In this document: positions 34,412 through 45,209 of the stretch, one piece after another
Numbering within the stretch: the stretch's first letter is position 1
How the letters are laid out: each line of letters begins with the position of its first letter
NCBI GenBank assembly: GCA_052426225.1
Contig: JBNJNM010000011.1
Coordinates: 1,984,001-2,048,000 of the forward strand
Length of the DNA: 64,000 nucleotides
DNA from: Zancudomyces culisetae HAW-14-8
Taxonomy: Eukaryota; Fungi; Kickxellomycota
Direction of reading: 5' to 3'
Notes under the pieces: model-generated
What the model was told of the DNA's origin: nothing
What the model saw: the letters and a program-made list of their open reading frames with translations, nothing else
Database searches by the model: none
Program-made: the position numbers and the translations under genes

Positions 34412-36267
34412 TATATCAGAAAGTTCACTATTGTTTCAGAACGTATGTCTGGTAGTGCTTTTGCCACAGGCCATTTTGTCAGATAGTCGATGGCAGTAAT
34501 TATGTATTTATTTCCACTCTCAGTTTCTGGAGTGATCGGGCCTATTATATCCATTCCTAAAATATCAAATGGCTTGCTCGCTATAATAGGTACTAACAAG
34601 TTATTTCTTCCGCTGCTTCTTCTATAACGTTGGCACCTGTCCAAAAGTTAACAACGTGTTTTGTTACTTCGAATAGTTCAGGTCCACTGTATACTTTTTT
34701 CACCTCTTCCCAGGTTCTATTTATCCCTTGGTGGTTTACTTCATGTAATTTTTGAATATTTTCTTCTGCACTAGCTTCATGTAACAATTCTCGCTTTCCA
34801 TGTTTTCTTGGCCAAGAATATAATTTTCCGATTTCATGTTAGTATATTAGAGCTTTAGTTTGTATTAGTTCTTTTGTTTTGTTTTCTAAATTCGCAGGTA
34901 TGATTTTTTCAGTAATATAGTTTTTTATGTTTGAATATAATTCAAAATTTAAACAAATACTTCAAGTTCCATATCTCCAGCGATATTTTCTTCAAATGTG
35001 TTTTCAGTAACTTGCCTCGATAATGCGTCTGCAGGGTTTAGTTTTCCTTTTCTGTGTACCATTGTAAATTCATACTCGCTTAGTTGTAGACTCCATCTTG
35101 CTATTCTGCCTGTTCCCTCCTTAGGTTTTAACAAGGATGTCAACGCTGAGTGATCTGTTACCAGTATAAACTTCCGCCCCCAAATGTAGTTTCTATATTG
35201 ATTTATACCCCATATGACTCCCAACCCTTCTAGGTGAGTAGCTGAATAATTTTTTTCAGCCTTGCTCAAAGTCCTGCTGGCGTAAGCTATAGGATATTCT
35301 TTGCCGTCGTATTCCTGACTCAGTATCGCTCCTAGTCCTTTTCCTGAAGCATCAGTCGTAACTATAAAATCTTTATCCCAATTTGGATATTTTAATATAG
35401 GTGCATTGACTAGACTAGATTTTAAAATTTCTACTGCATGACTATGTGTATTATTATAATGCCATGGGATATCTTTTCTCAACAAATCTGTTAATGGTTT
35501 CGCTATTTGAGCGTAGTTTTTTATGAACTTTCGATAATACCCTGTTGTACCTAAGACACTCTGTAATTCTTTAATGTTAGTTGGGTCTTTTATGGTTAGC
35601 ATGGCTTTCACCTTTTCTGAATTGGTATGCACTCCTTGATTCGAAATAATATGTCCTAGGTAATGAAGTTTGTTTTGTCCAAAACTGCATTTTTTCCTAT
35701 TCAACTTAATCTTTGCGCTACGTAAAAGCTCAAATACACTAGCTAAGTCTTTTGTATGTTGTTCTACAGAGTTTGAATATACGATTATATCGTCAATAAA
35801 AACCAGGGCGCATTTCCATATTACTGGTCTTAATACCCTTTCCATTAAACGTTGAAACGTTGCAGGACTGTTACAAAAGCCAAAAGGCATTACGTTATAA
35901 CAGTAAAGTCCTTCCCCTGGCAACGCAAACGCTGTTTTTTCTTTGTCCTCCTGTCGCACTCGAACCTGTCAAAATCCTGCGAGTGCGTCCAATGAGCTAT
36001 AAACCATTGCCCCTGCGAGTGCATCAAAAATATCTGAAATTATAGGAAGCGGATAGGTGTCCTTTTTAGTTATTGCATTAAGTTTTCTAAAATCTGAGCA
36101 TATACGTATAGACCCGTCTTTTTTCCACACCGTGACAACTGGAGCACACCAGTCCGAGTTACAAGGTTCAATAATTCCCTTTTCTTCCATTCTGCGTAAC
36201 TCTTCACGGGCTAAATCCTTCATCATGTGTGGAATTCGATAGGGACGTTGTTTAATTGGCGGATGAT

Positions 36268-38435
36268 TGTCATGAATATGACATGATGTCATGAATATGA
36301 CATGAAAAGATTTTGAATTAGTATTGTTACAATACTGATTCAAAACACTCATTTTAATTGAAACATTTTGTTGTTTTAATTATTTACTTAAGTAATGATA
36401 CTAACACAAAACCATAATTATAATTATAACATTAATCTTACAATAGTTAATTATAATATTAGTACATGCTTTTATTAGTAATATTATTGAATATATAAAG
36501 TAATATTTTTTCGCTATGAAATCCTTAGCGATAAAATATTATCTTATCCTAAATAAAATATTTTCAAGCAACAATAGTACCTAGTGTCAATCGTGACATT
36601 ATTTTATCGCTATTATCACTACCTACTATATCATGTCTACACAAGAAATAAACCTCGAACAACTCTTAATCGAATTGGAAAGATTAAGAGAGGATAACGA
36701 AAGACTGCAAACAATCATTGCAAATCAAGCTCAACTCGTAGAAAACCATCTAACACAAAATTCAGACCCAGCCATAACACCAGACCATGTTGCAATACCA
36801 GAACCAGCTGCAGTAACAGATCCTAATCTATTGTCAACCACCATCCATACTCAGCCTGTTAAGATAGCTCTACCTGAACGTTATGATGGTGACCGTACCA
36901 AATTTAGAGGATTTATCAATCAGTGTCGCCTCGTATTCTTTACACAACCTGGCCATTATCCTACTTCGGCTAATAAAGTTGGACTTATTATGTCTCTTCT
37001 TACAGGCAATGCATTACGTTGGGCAAGTCCATACATCGAAAAAAATAGTCCTGTGTTACATAATTTCGATCTATTCATGGAAGAATTTGCAAAAGTATTT
37101 GATGATCCACAACGTGCCCAAACAGCAAATGATGCTATAAGAGCACTAAAACAAGGTGATTCTTCAGTAACCATGTATGCTTCAGAATTCCGTAGGTTAA
37201 TCATGGATCTCGACTGGAATGAAGCTGCCTGCGTATCACAATTTTCCGAAGGATTAAACGAATCGGTATTAGACACCTTAGATTATTCCAAACGTCTACT
37301 GACTTAGAAGGATACATCTATGCCGCTATTACAGTTGATGCGAGACTCACTCGACGTAAGGAAGAAAAACTGAGATAACGCAGAGGCACCCAGAGGATAA
37401 TCTCGACCATTCCCATTACTGAAAAAACCGAATACATGCAAGTGGATTCAGCTCAACGTCAGTAACACAAGCAGAAAGGGAGAGAAGGAACAAACTCAAT
37501 CTTTGTTTCTATTGTGGTAGCGTAGGACATCAAGTTAACACCTGTCCAACAAAGAATAAAAAACTGGGAAAAGCCAAGGTTCAGGTTTAATTGGGAAGTT
37601 AAAACTGAACAAGGTAGATAATTTTAACAGTATTCCTAATTCTTTCTCTTATAATTCACAAAATATAATTGGAACACTTAATTCCAACATACATCCTTAT
37701 CGTTTCCTGCTGCCCATAAAAATTATGTTCAACAACACATCCGTCAAATTATTAGCAATGATAGACTCTGGCGCATCAGGTTTATTCATCAACAAATCCA
37801 TTGTAAACCAAAATAATATAAATACTATACCAAAGAGAATTCCTGTTTCAATTGAATTCATTGATGGAAGTTCTATGACATCAGGTCCAATAACACATAC
37901 CACAGTACCTCTTGAACTTTCAATAAATAATAATCATTTTGAAACCATCGTCTTTGAAATTATTAACTGCCATCATGCTGATATTATCTTGGGTCTCCCG
38001 TGGCTTGAACTACATAATCCAACAATTATTTGGAAAACCCGCAAGGTTATATTTAATAACTATTATTGTAGTACCAATTGCAAAGAAAATGCGAAACATA
38101 ACATTAAATTACAAAGTAATAATATAAAACAAGTAAAAACAAAAGAAAAAAATGAAAAAAAAAATACAATACCCACCCCCTATATCTTTCCATTTTAACG
38201 TCACAGGAAATACCACGACAAAAATCACAGCCCTTGATACAATCACAGCCTATATTACCATCACAGCCACAGTCAAAATCATTTAAAGAGCATAAATTAC
38301 AGCCGATGATACAGCAACAGCAACAGCAACAACAACAACAACAACAGCAACAGCAACAGTCACAGCAACAGTCACAGTCACAGCAACGGCAAGAGCAACA
38401 GTCACAGCAACAGTCACAGTCACAGCAACGGCAAG

Positions 38436-38494
<59 letters not shown>

Positions 38495-41400
38495 TTTAAC
38501 TTCATTTTCTTGAATCAAAGCCTTTCTAATTCACATAATATCCAAAAATCAATTTTAAATTCAGAAAATCATTCCCAAGCCAAAACTTATTCTAACTTGG
38601 AAATTCAATCACTATCTAGCTGTAGTGATCTAAACGCTTACATCGATCTTGAATTTAATCCTGATAAAGATGTTGATATTGAAGATTTTCTCAAAAATCA
38701 AAGTTATTATAATTCTGTTACGGATGAAGAATTATTATCTGTAATGGAAGAAGAGATGAACTACAGTAACGAAAATGAACAATATCAACAAAATAAAATT
38801 ATTATACCACGTACACCACCTCCAGCTGATCCAGTAGAGCCATTTAGGAAAAGAGAGATAGAATTGGAAAGCATTGATGAAAATACATTTAAAAAGCCTA
38901 GAATTATGAACCACTTAATAGGGTTAATTAGTCAGGCTAAACCAACACAACCATGTTCACAAGTGATGGTTTCAATTCCTGATAAATATTATGATCTTAG
39001 GCAAGCCTTTGATAAACAGTAAGCCGACACCTTACCACCCCATAGACAATATGATTGTTCAATAGATCTCATTCCTAATGCTAAAATTCCTTATGGTACA
39101 ATTTATCCTTTATTTCTAAACGAACGAAAAGTGTTAAAAGAATATATAGATGAGAACCTTGCCAAGGGGTTTATTGTTCGTTCTATATCATCCGCTGCAG
39201 CACCAGTGTTCTTTACAGGGAAAAAAGATGAATCTCTGCGTCTAGTCGTAGATTACCGTGAATTAAACAAAGTAGCTAAAAGAAATAGATATGCACTTCC
39301 ATTGATGTCTGAATTATTAGAACGCGTTCAATCTGCAAAAATATTTACAAAACTCGATCTTCGCGGTGCTTATAATCTGGTACGAATCCGAAAAGGAGAC
39401 GAATGGAAAACGGCATTTCGAACACAATATGGACATTTCGAATATAAAGTTATGCCGTTTGGGCTCTCAAACGCACCGGCAACATTTCAGGCATTTGTTA
39501 ACGATATATTTCGAGATATTCTAGATCTTTACGTGGTTGTCTACCTAGATGACATATTAATATTTTCTGAAAACGCCGAAATTCATACCTCGCATGTTCG
39601 CACAGTGTTGGAAAGACTTATAGCAAACAAGTTATATGTTAAACTTGAAAAGTGTGAATTTGACCGCGATAGGGTTGAATTTTTAGGATTTATAGTTACC
39701 CCTGCTGGACTTATTATGGACCCAAATCGCATCGTAACAATTAAAGAATGGCAGGTACCAAAATCAGTAAAAGATATTCAAGTATTTTTGGGATTTGTAA
39801 ACTTTTATAGAAGGTTTATAAACAACTTTGCTAAAACGGTAAAACCAATAACGACATTATTAAAGAAGGATACACCCTTTGTATGGGGATCGGATCAACA
39901 AGAGGCTTTTGAAAACCTTAAAGAATTATGTACGACTGCACCCGTTTTAACTCATCCTGATCCGTATAAACAATTTATTCTAGAATGTGATGCATCTAAT
40001 TATGCATTGGGCGCAGTGTTATCGCAAAAACATCATGGAGTTACACACCCTGTAGCTTATTATTCTAGAACCTTAAATGCGGCCGAACAAAATTATCATA
40101 TATTCGATAAAGAATTACTTGCAGTAAAATGTGCATTGGAACAATGGCGCCACCATCTCGAAGGTGCTTTGTATCCTGTAAGTGTTATAACTGACCATAA
40201 AAACTTAGAATATTTTAGGTCTGCAAAAATATTAAACCAACGGCAAGCGAGATGGGCTTTATTTTTAACTAGGTTCGATATCGTATTAACTTATCGTCCG
40301 GGATCCCAAAACGGAAAGGCAGATGCCCTATCCAGGAAAAGTGAGCATAAAGAGGGGATAATAAATATAGAACCTGAACCTATTTGGAAACCAAAAATTC
40401 ACATTTCCGCTATAAGTACCAACCAAACTAAAGATATTATATCAATGATTAAGAATACTATAAATAACGATATACTAGCCAAAGAACTAATTTTAAAATC
40501 AGGAAAACCTAACTCTCAGGTTAGTTTTCAAGATTCTATTTTAAAAGTAAAGAACAAGATATACGTACCTGAATCAATTCGAATAAAAATTCTAGAAATT
40601 TGCCATGACTCTCCAATAGCAGGTCATTTCGGAAGAGCAAAAACACAAACACTTATATCACGTACTTATTGGTGGCCTAAGATGTTTAATACTGTAAAAG
40701 AATATATAGATTCTTGTGATGATGCAATCGTACAAAACACCTAAACTCAAAACCTGCTGGACTACTTATGCCATTAGAAACACCCAATCGTCCTTGGGAA
40801 GCAGTTTCAATGGACTTTATAGTTGACTTACCTTGTTCAGAAGGTTGTACTGTTATCTTAGTGGTAGTAGATCGATTAACTAAGATGGCACACTTCGTAC
40901 CTATTAAATCTACACCAACTGCCTTAGAAACTGCCAAAAAATTTATTAAACATATATTTAAACTTCATGGGATGCCACAGAACATAGTTTCAGATCGTGG
41001 AACACAATTTGTTTCAAAATTTTGGAAGGAACTAACACGCCTACTTAAAATATCTTTGAGTATGACTTCAGCATTCCACCCTCAGTCTGATGGGCAGACT
41101 GAGCGTGTAAATCAAATCCTCGAACAGTATCTACGCTGTTTTATCAATTTTCAACAGGACAACTGGGTTCAACTGTTACCTTTGGCTGAATTCGCATATA
41201 ACAATGCGACACATTCAAGTTCCAAAGTTAGCCCTTTCTACTCCAATTATGGTTATAATCCTAACTTAACTTTAGATAGGACAATTGAATCTCCAGTTCC
41301 TCAAGCAGAAGAGTTTATTAAGCGTTTAAAAAATATTCAATCCGAGCTAACTGTTCAATTATGCAAGGCTAAAAATGATTATAAAAGATTTGCAGATCTT

Positions 41401-42185
41401 AAAAGAAAAGATTCACAAGACTTTACAATAGGAAAAAAGGTCTGGTTATCACAACAAAATATTAAATCTACTAGACCATGTCGGAAGTTGGATTATAAGT
41501 ACATTGGTCCTTTTGAGATTATGGAAATTATAAATCCAGTTGCTGTTAAACTTCGTTTACCTCCAAGTATGCGAATACATCCTGTATTTCACATATCACT
41601 GTTGAAACCACACAAAACTACCTCATTTTCTAATCGTGTACAAGATCCTCCACCACCTGTTATTGTTAATGATCAGATAGAATATGAAGTATCAGAGATT
41701 TTAGATTCTAAAACTGTTCACGGCAAATTAAAATATTTAATTTATTGGAAGGGTTATATTCCAGAAGAAAGAACTTGAGAATACGCGACAGATGTACACG
41801 CTCCTGGATTAATTAAACAATTTTACTGACTATATCCGAATAAACCACGTTTATTAGCCTTAAGAGGGAGTAATGTCATGAATATGACATGAAAAGATTT
41901 CGAATTAGTATTGTTACAATACTGATTCAAAACACTCATTTTAATTGAAACATTTTGTTGTTTTAATTATTTACTTAAGTAATGATACTAACACAAAACC
42001 ATAATTATAATTATAACATTAATCTTACAATAGTTAATTATAATATTAGTACATGCTTTTATTAGTAATATTATTGAATATATAAAGTAATATTTTTTCG
42101 TTATGAAATCCTTAGCGATAAAATATTATCTTATCCTAAATAAAATATTTTCAAGCAACAATAGTACCTAGTGTCAATCGTGACA
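36268..42185 (+). mobile_element. Chromodomain Gypsy element F nested in RT of E; coding regions disrupted
   Basis: 312-bp LTRs at 36287-36598 (plus 19-bp duplication from 36268) and 41874-42185, TSD ATGAT (36263-36267, 42186-42190); gag 36633-~37590, protease IDSGA 37725-38198, RT/RNase H 39131-40744, integrase-chromodomain 40768-41778. Confidence 0.96.
38311..38494 (+). repeat. CAG/CAA poly-Gln microsatellite inside element F pol
   Basis: About 60 codons, mostly Gln, with a duplicated QSQQQSQSQQRQE unit. Confidence 0.95.
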
Positions 42186-44339
42186 ATGATTACCTGTGTC
42201 GATTGCGTGTTCAACAATATCTGTACCTTCTAAGTCTGTATAGTCTTCCACTAGTATATCATTGTTTTTATTTATTAAATCTACAATTTGTGGAGGAGTA
42301 TCAGTAAATATTTTGCATTCCATTAACAAAACCTCTTTACCAACACCTACTAGTTCTTCCTTGTTTGTAGTATCACTGCTTTGTGAACTTGTACTTAAAG
42401 GAATTGATAGTTTACACCCCTTAGTAGGTATCATCAGCTCATTGTCTTTCATTTTTATCGTGACATCATATTTTAATAACCAGTTGGTTCCTAGAATGAG
42501 AGAAGACTTTTTAGTATCCATAACTATAAAGTCGACCTCAAAGTTAAGGTTCGCAAAACTGATTGGAACTTTTTCAACAATTCCCAGGGTCAAATGTTGG
42601 TTACCATCTGCCGTGGTTATTATTTGCTTATTACTGGCGTTTAGTCTTAGTCCTGTTTGCCTTAACACGTATTCAGGCATTACACAGCAAGCTGCGCCTG
42701 TATCCACAATTGTAGTAAACTTTAAGCCATTTATAGTAGCAACAGTTCTGCAATTTGAGACGTTTAATTCATCTGAGCTATTTATAAATACCTCCTTCTC
42801 CATCGGCTTACATAACTCAAATAGTTGGTTTTTTACAGTAGGGGATATTTTTAGTAACTGTTGTATAGATATATCTGCCCTTAATTTGTTCAGGTGAGCT
42901 GTTATGTTATAGTCTTCAGAAGTTTTTACGGTTGTAGTATCTAAACTATTGTTTTTTATCTTTAATATATTATTATTTGAATTGTAGTTTTTAAAGTTTT
43001 CATTTGTTTTTGTGTTTTCAAAATTATCTTCATTTTTTTGTATGATTTCATAGTTATCTTCATTTTTTTGCATGGTTTTATAGTTATCTTCAAATTTTTT
43101 CAATGTTTTCTGGTTATCTTCATTTTTATGATTGTTGTTGTAATTGTTATTATTGTCATTATTAGGGTTTAGTTGATCATTAATAGATCCGATATTACTA
43201 AAATTTGGTTCTTCCACAAACGGATTATTTACTTCAGACGATATACCGTATGATTTGTGCTTAACGAACCTTTGGTTGTCTTCCTCTTCAATTTTCCTTT
43301 TTTCAGTAGCGAATAATTCAATTTCATTGTCTTTGATATCGGTAAGTGTTATATTTGACAAGTCCTTATTTTGAAAAGTCAAATTTTCCACTTCTATGCA
43401 AGCTACCGGATTGGTAGGGTCTCCTTTGTTATCCATTTTTGATACAGCCTGTGGTTTTGGGTCTCTTTTTTCATTGCTGTTGTATTGACTTGTTTGGTTT
43501 GTACTTGTACGATTAACATAGGTATTTTGATACCTACCATCGTTTCTTTCATAGTTGTTAGTGTTATATCTGTTTTGGGGCCGATTCCTTTGGTTAGTAA
43601 CTTCTAGTAGGCATGTTTTTAGATCATTAAACATGAATTCAAGTTCCTCATACTTTTTATCTCCTTCGTTTTTAACGGGCTCTGAACTTATTCGAGACTT
43701 AATTGTGGTGCATATTTTATTTAGTCTCTCGGTTTCCATAATGGAGGTAATTGCCTCTTTATATGTTTTGCACCTATCACTCAATATTCCTTTTTGTGCT
43801 TCCGGGTCCATGGCAGCAAAAAGTAGTTTAAACTTTATTGCATCATCTGAAATTTTAGCTGTATTAAAGAGCTTTACAATCTTTGAGACTAGCTCTTCCA
43901 CGTCTTCTTCGGGTGTCTTTTTAAGCAGCTGTAACTGGTTCCAGGCTATAAGTTCACCTTCAGGACCTTCAAACTGAAGTATAAACTTGTTTTTGATTTC
44001 ACTCCAAGTGTTATCTTCGCTACACTCGCGTTCAAACCATAGTAGTGCACGACCTTCGAGGTATAATTCCATAAGATCTACCATATCTTTATCTTTCCAA
44101 CCATTTCTTCTAGCACACAGTTCATATCTTCTAATCCATTTAGATGGATCCATATTGGAGTTTGTGCTGAAAATTTCTGGTTCAATCAATTTGTAATTAA
44201 GAATCATAGGATTACACATTGTGGGTGCAGTATTATCACTGGCCTGATTTTGTATGAGCCTCTGCTTTTCTTGGTGTGTTTCAACAGCCTTTTCTGCCAC
44301 TGCTTTTGCGGACGACTTGATTGCTTTTTCTGACATCAT
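42174..44339 (-). CDS. Element E Gag-protease (cut by element F)
   Basis: Gag homologous to A and D, 10-aa KNEDN repeats, VDTGA protease, start of RT EHAIDTG. Confidence 0.92.
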   Translation of the reverse strand: MMSEKAIKSSAKAVAEKAVETHQEKQRLIQNQASDNTAPTMCNPMILNYKLIEPEIFSTNSNMDPSKWIRRYELCARRNGWKDKDMVDLMELYLEGRALLWFERECSEDNTWSEIKNKFILQFEGPEGELIAWNQLQLLKKTPEEDVEELVSKIVKLFNTAKISDDAIKFKLLFAAMDPEAQKGILSDRCKTYKEAITSIMETERLNKICTTIKSRISSEPVKNEGDKKYEELEFMFNDLKTCLLEVTNQRNRPQNRYNTNNYERNDGRYQNTYVNRTSTNQTSQYNSNEKRDPKPQAVSKMDNKGDPTNPVACIEVENLTFQNKDLSNITLTDIKDNEIELFATEKRKIEEEDNQRFVKHKSYGISSEVNNPFVEEPNFSNIGSINDQLNPNNDNNNNYNNNHKNEDNQKTLKKFEDNYKTMQKNEDNYEIIQKNEDNFENTKTNENFKNYNSNNNILKIKNNSLDTTTVKTSEDYNITAHLNKLRADISIQQLLKISPTVKNQLFELCKPMEKEVFINSSDELNVSNCRTVATINGLKFTTIVDTGAACCVMPEYVLRQTGLRLNASNKQIITTADGNQHLTLGIVEKVPISFANLNFEVDFIVMDTKKSSLILGTNWLLKYDVTIKMKDNELMIPTKGCKLSIPLSTSSQSSDTTNKEELVGVGKEVLLMECKIFTDTPPQIVDLINKNNDILVEDYTDLEGTDIVEHAIDTGNHCHD

Positions 44340-44681
44340 TTTAATTTTACTTATTTATTAAATAATACTATTTGTTAGCCTAGCTGGGAGCGCCAAAACT
44401 GTCGTAAAAATTTACTATTGTTGCTATGTATACGATTTATTGTGAAATTTGAAGGTAAAGTTCGAAACAGAGGAAATTAGCTTTGCTTATATCTAATTTC
44501 CGTTGTACTAATAAATAAGTTTATACTAATAAATACTACTAAAAGTTAGGATAATAAGCAATTGTTAATTTTGCTCACAATAGGATGTTCGGTCGATCCT
44601 ATTGTGAGAAGATTAACCGCCAATCCCGCGATTCTCTCTAGGAAAATCTTATTGTCAAAATTTTTCCGACACAACAAAAAC

Positions 44682-44903
44682 TGTTATATAGTAGAAATAT
44701 ATACCTGTATTTCCTTGTATTTTATTGGTTAATTTAAATAGTATTATTTTATGCATTAAATAGTCTAGTTTTGAATTAATTAATAAATTGTCTTTTTCTC
44801 CCAAATTAATTATAGTCCTAATATATAATATAAAAGTCCCGTCCTGTATAATACTGGGTAAAAATATTACTTAGTAGGAGGTTAAACATGTAATTATACA
44901 ACA
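44682..44903 (+). mobile_element. Solo LTR family beta (Ile stack)
   Basis: TGTTATATAG...ATACAACA, near-identical to 48671-48893; spacers AAAAC and AAACG. Confidence 0.9.
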
Positions 44904-44908
44904 AAACG

Positions 44909-45205
44909 TGTCGTATGAATTATTGGATATTACAATCCGACTATTCCATTTTTTCCCCTTGTGGTTTTTTGGGAATATGAAAGGTTGTAGTTCTAATCGT
45001 TATCAATTTATTTCTTAATCTATTTTAGTTTTATTTAAAGAAGTTTAATTCAGTATTATATAATTCATTGTCCTTTACAATAAATAAATCTAAACATAAT
45101 AGATACTAGTATATTATTTTGAAAGTACCCTTATACAATAACAAGTATAAGAATAGTAAAAATTACAATTAAGCAAAAAGGTTGATAGTAATAATTCCTA
45201 CAACA
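44909..45205 (+). mobile_element. Solo LTR, alpha-like (Ile stack)
   Basis: TGTCGTAT...TACAACA with TTTTCCCCTTGTGGTTTT motif; followed by AGCA. Confidence 0.8.
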
Positions 45206-45209
45206 AGCA

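Larger units (their letters stand above)
34412..44676 (-). mobile_element. Ty3/Gypsy element E (tRNA-primed), interrupted by F and truncated within integrase at the Tc1
   Basis: 5' LTR 44400-44676, PBS TGGCGCTCCCAGCTAGGC 44378-44395, gag-protease 44339-42186; frame resumes at 36267 (DTGNH|PPIKQ); RT/RNase H 34949-36267; integrase fragments to 34412. Confidence 0.93.

Noticed and set aside
38104-38505. Poly-Cys metallothionein-like ORF
   Set aside because: It is the antisense reading of the CAG/CAA microsatellite.
42262-43977. Antisense ORFs within retroelements (also 9026-9490, 13430-13786 and similar)
   Set aside because: Shadow frames of gag/pol with no independent motifs.
44909-45205. 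This LTR as the real 5' LTR of element E, with two later insertions beside the PBS (AAAC repeats)
   Set aside because: Its conserved motif indicates plus orientation while E is on the minus strand; 44400-44676 is the simpler assignment, though E's 3' LTR is missing.
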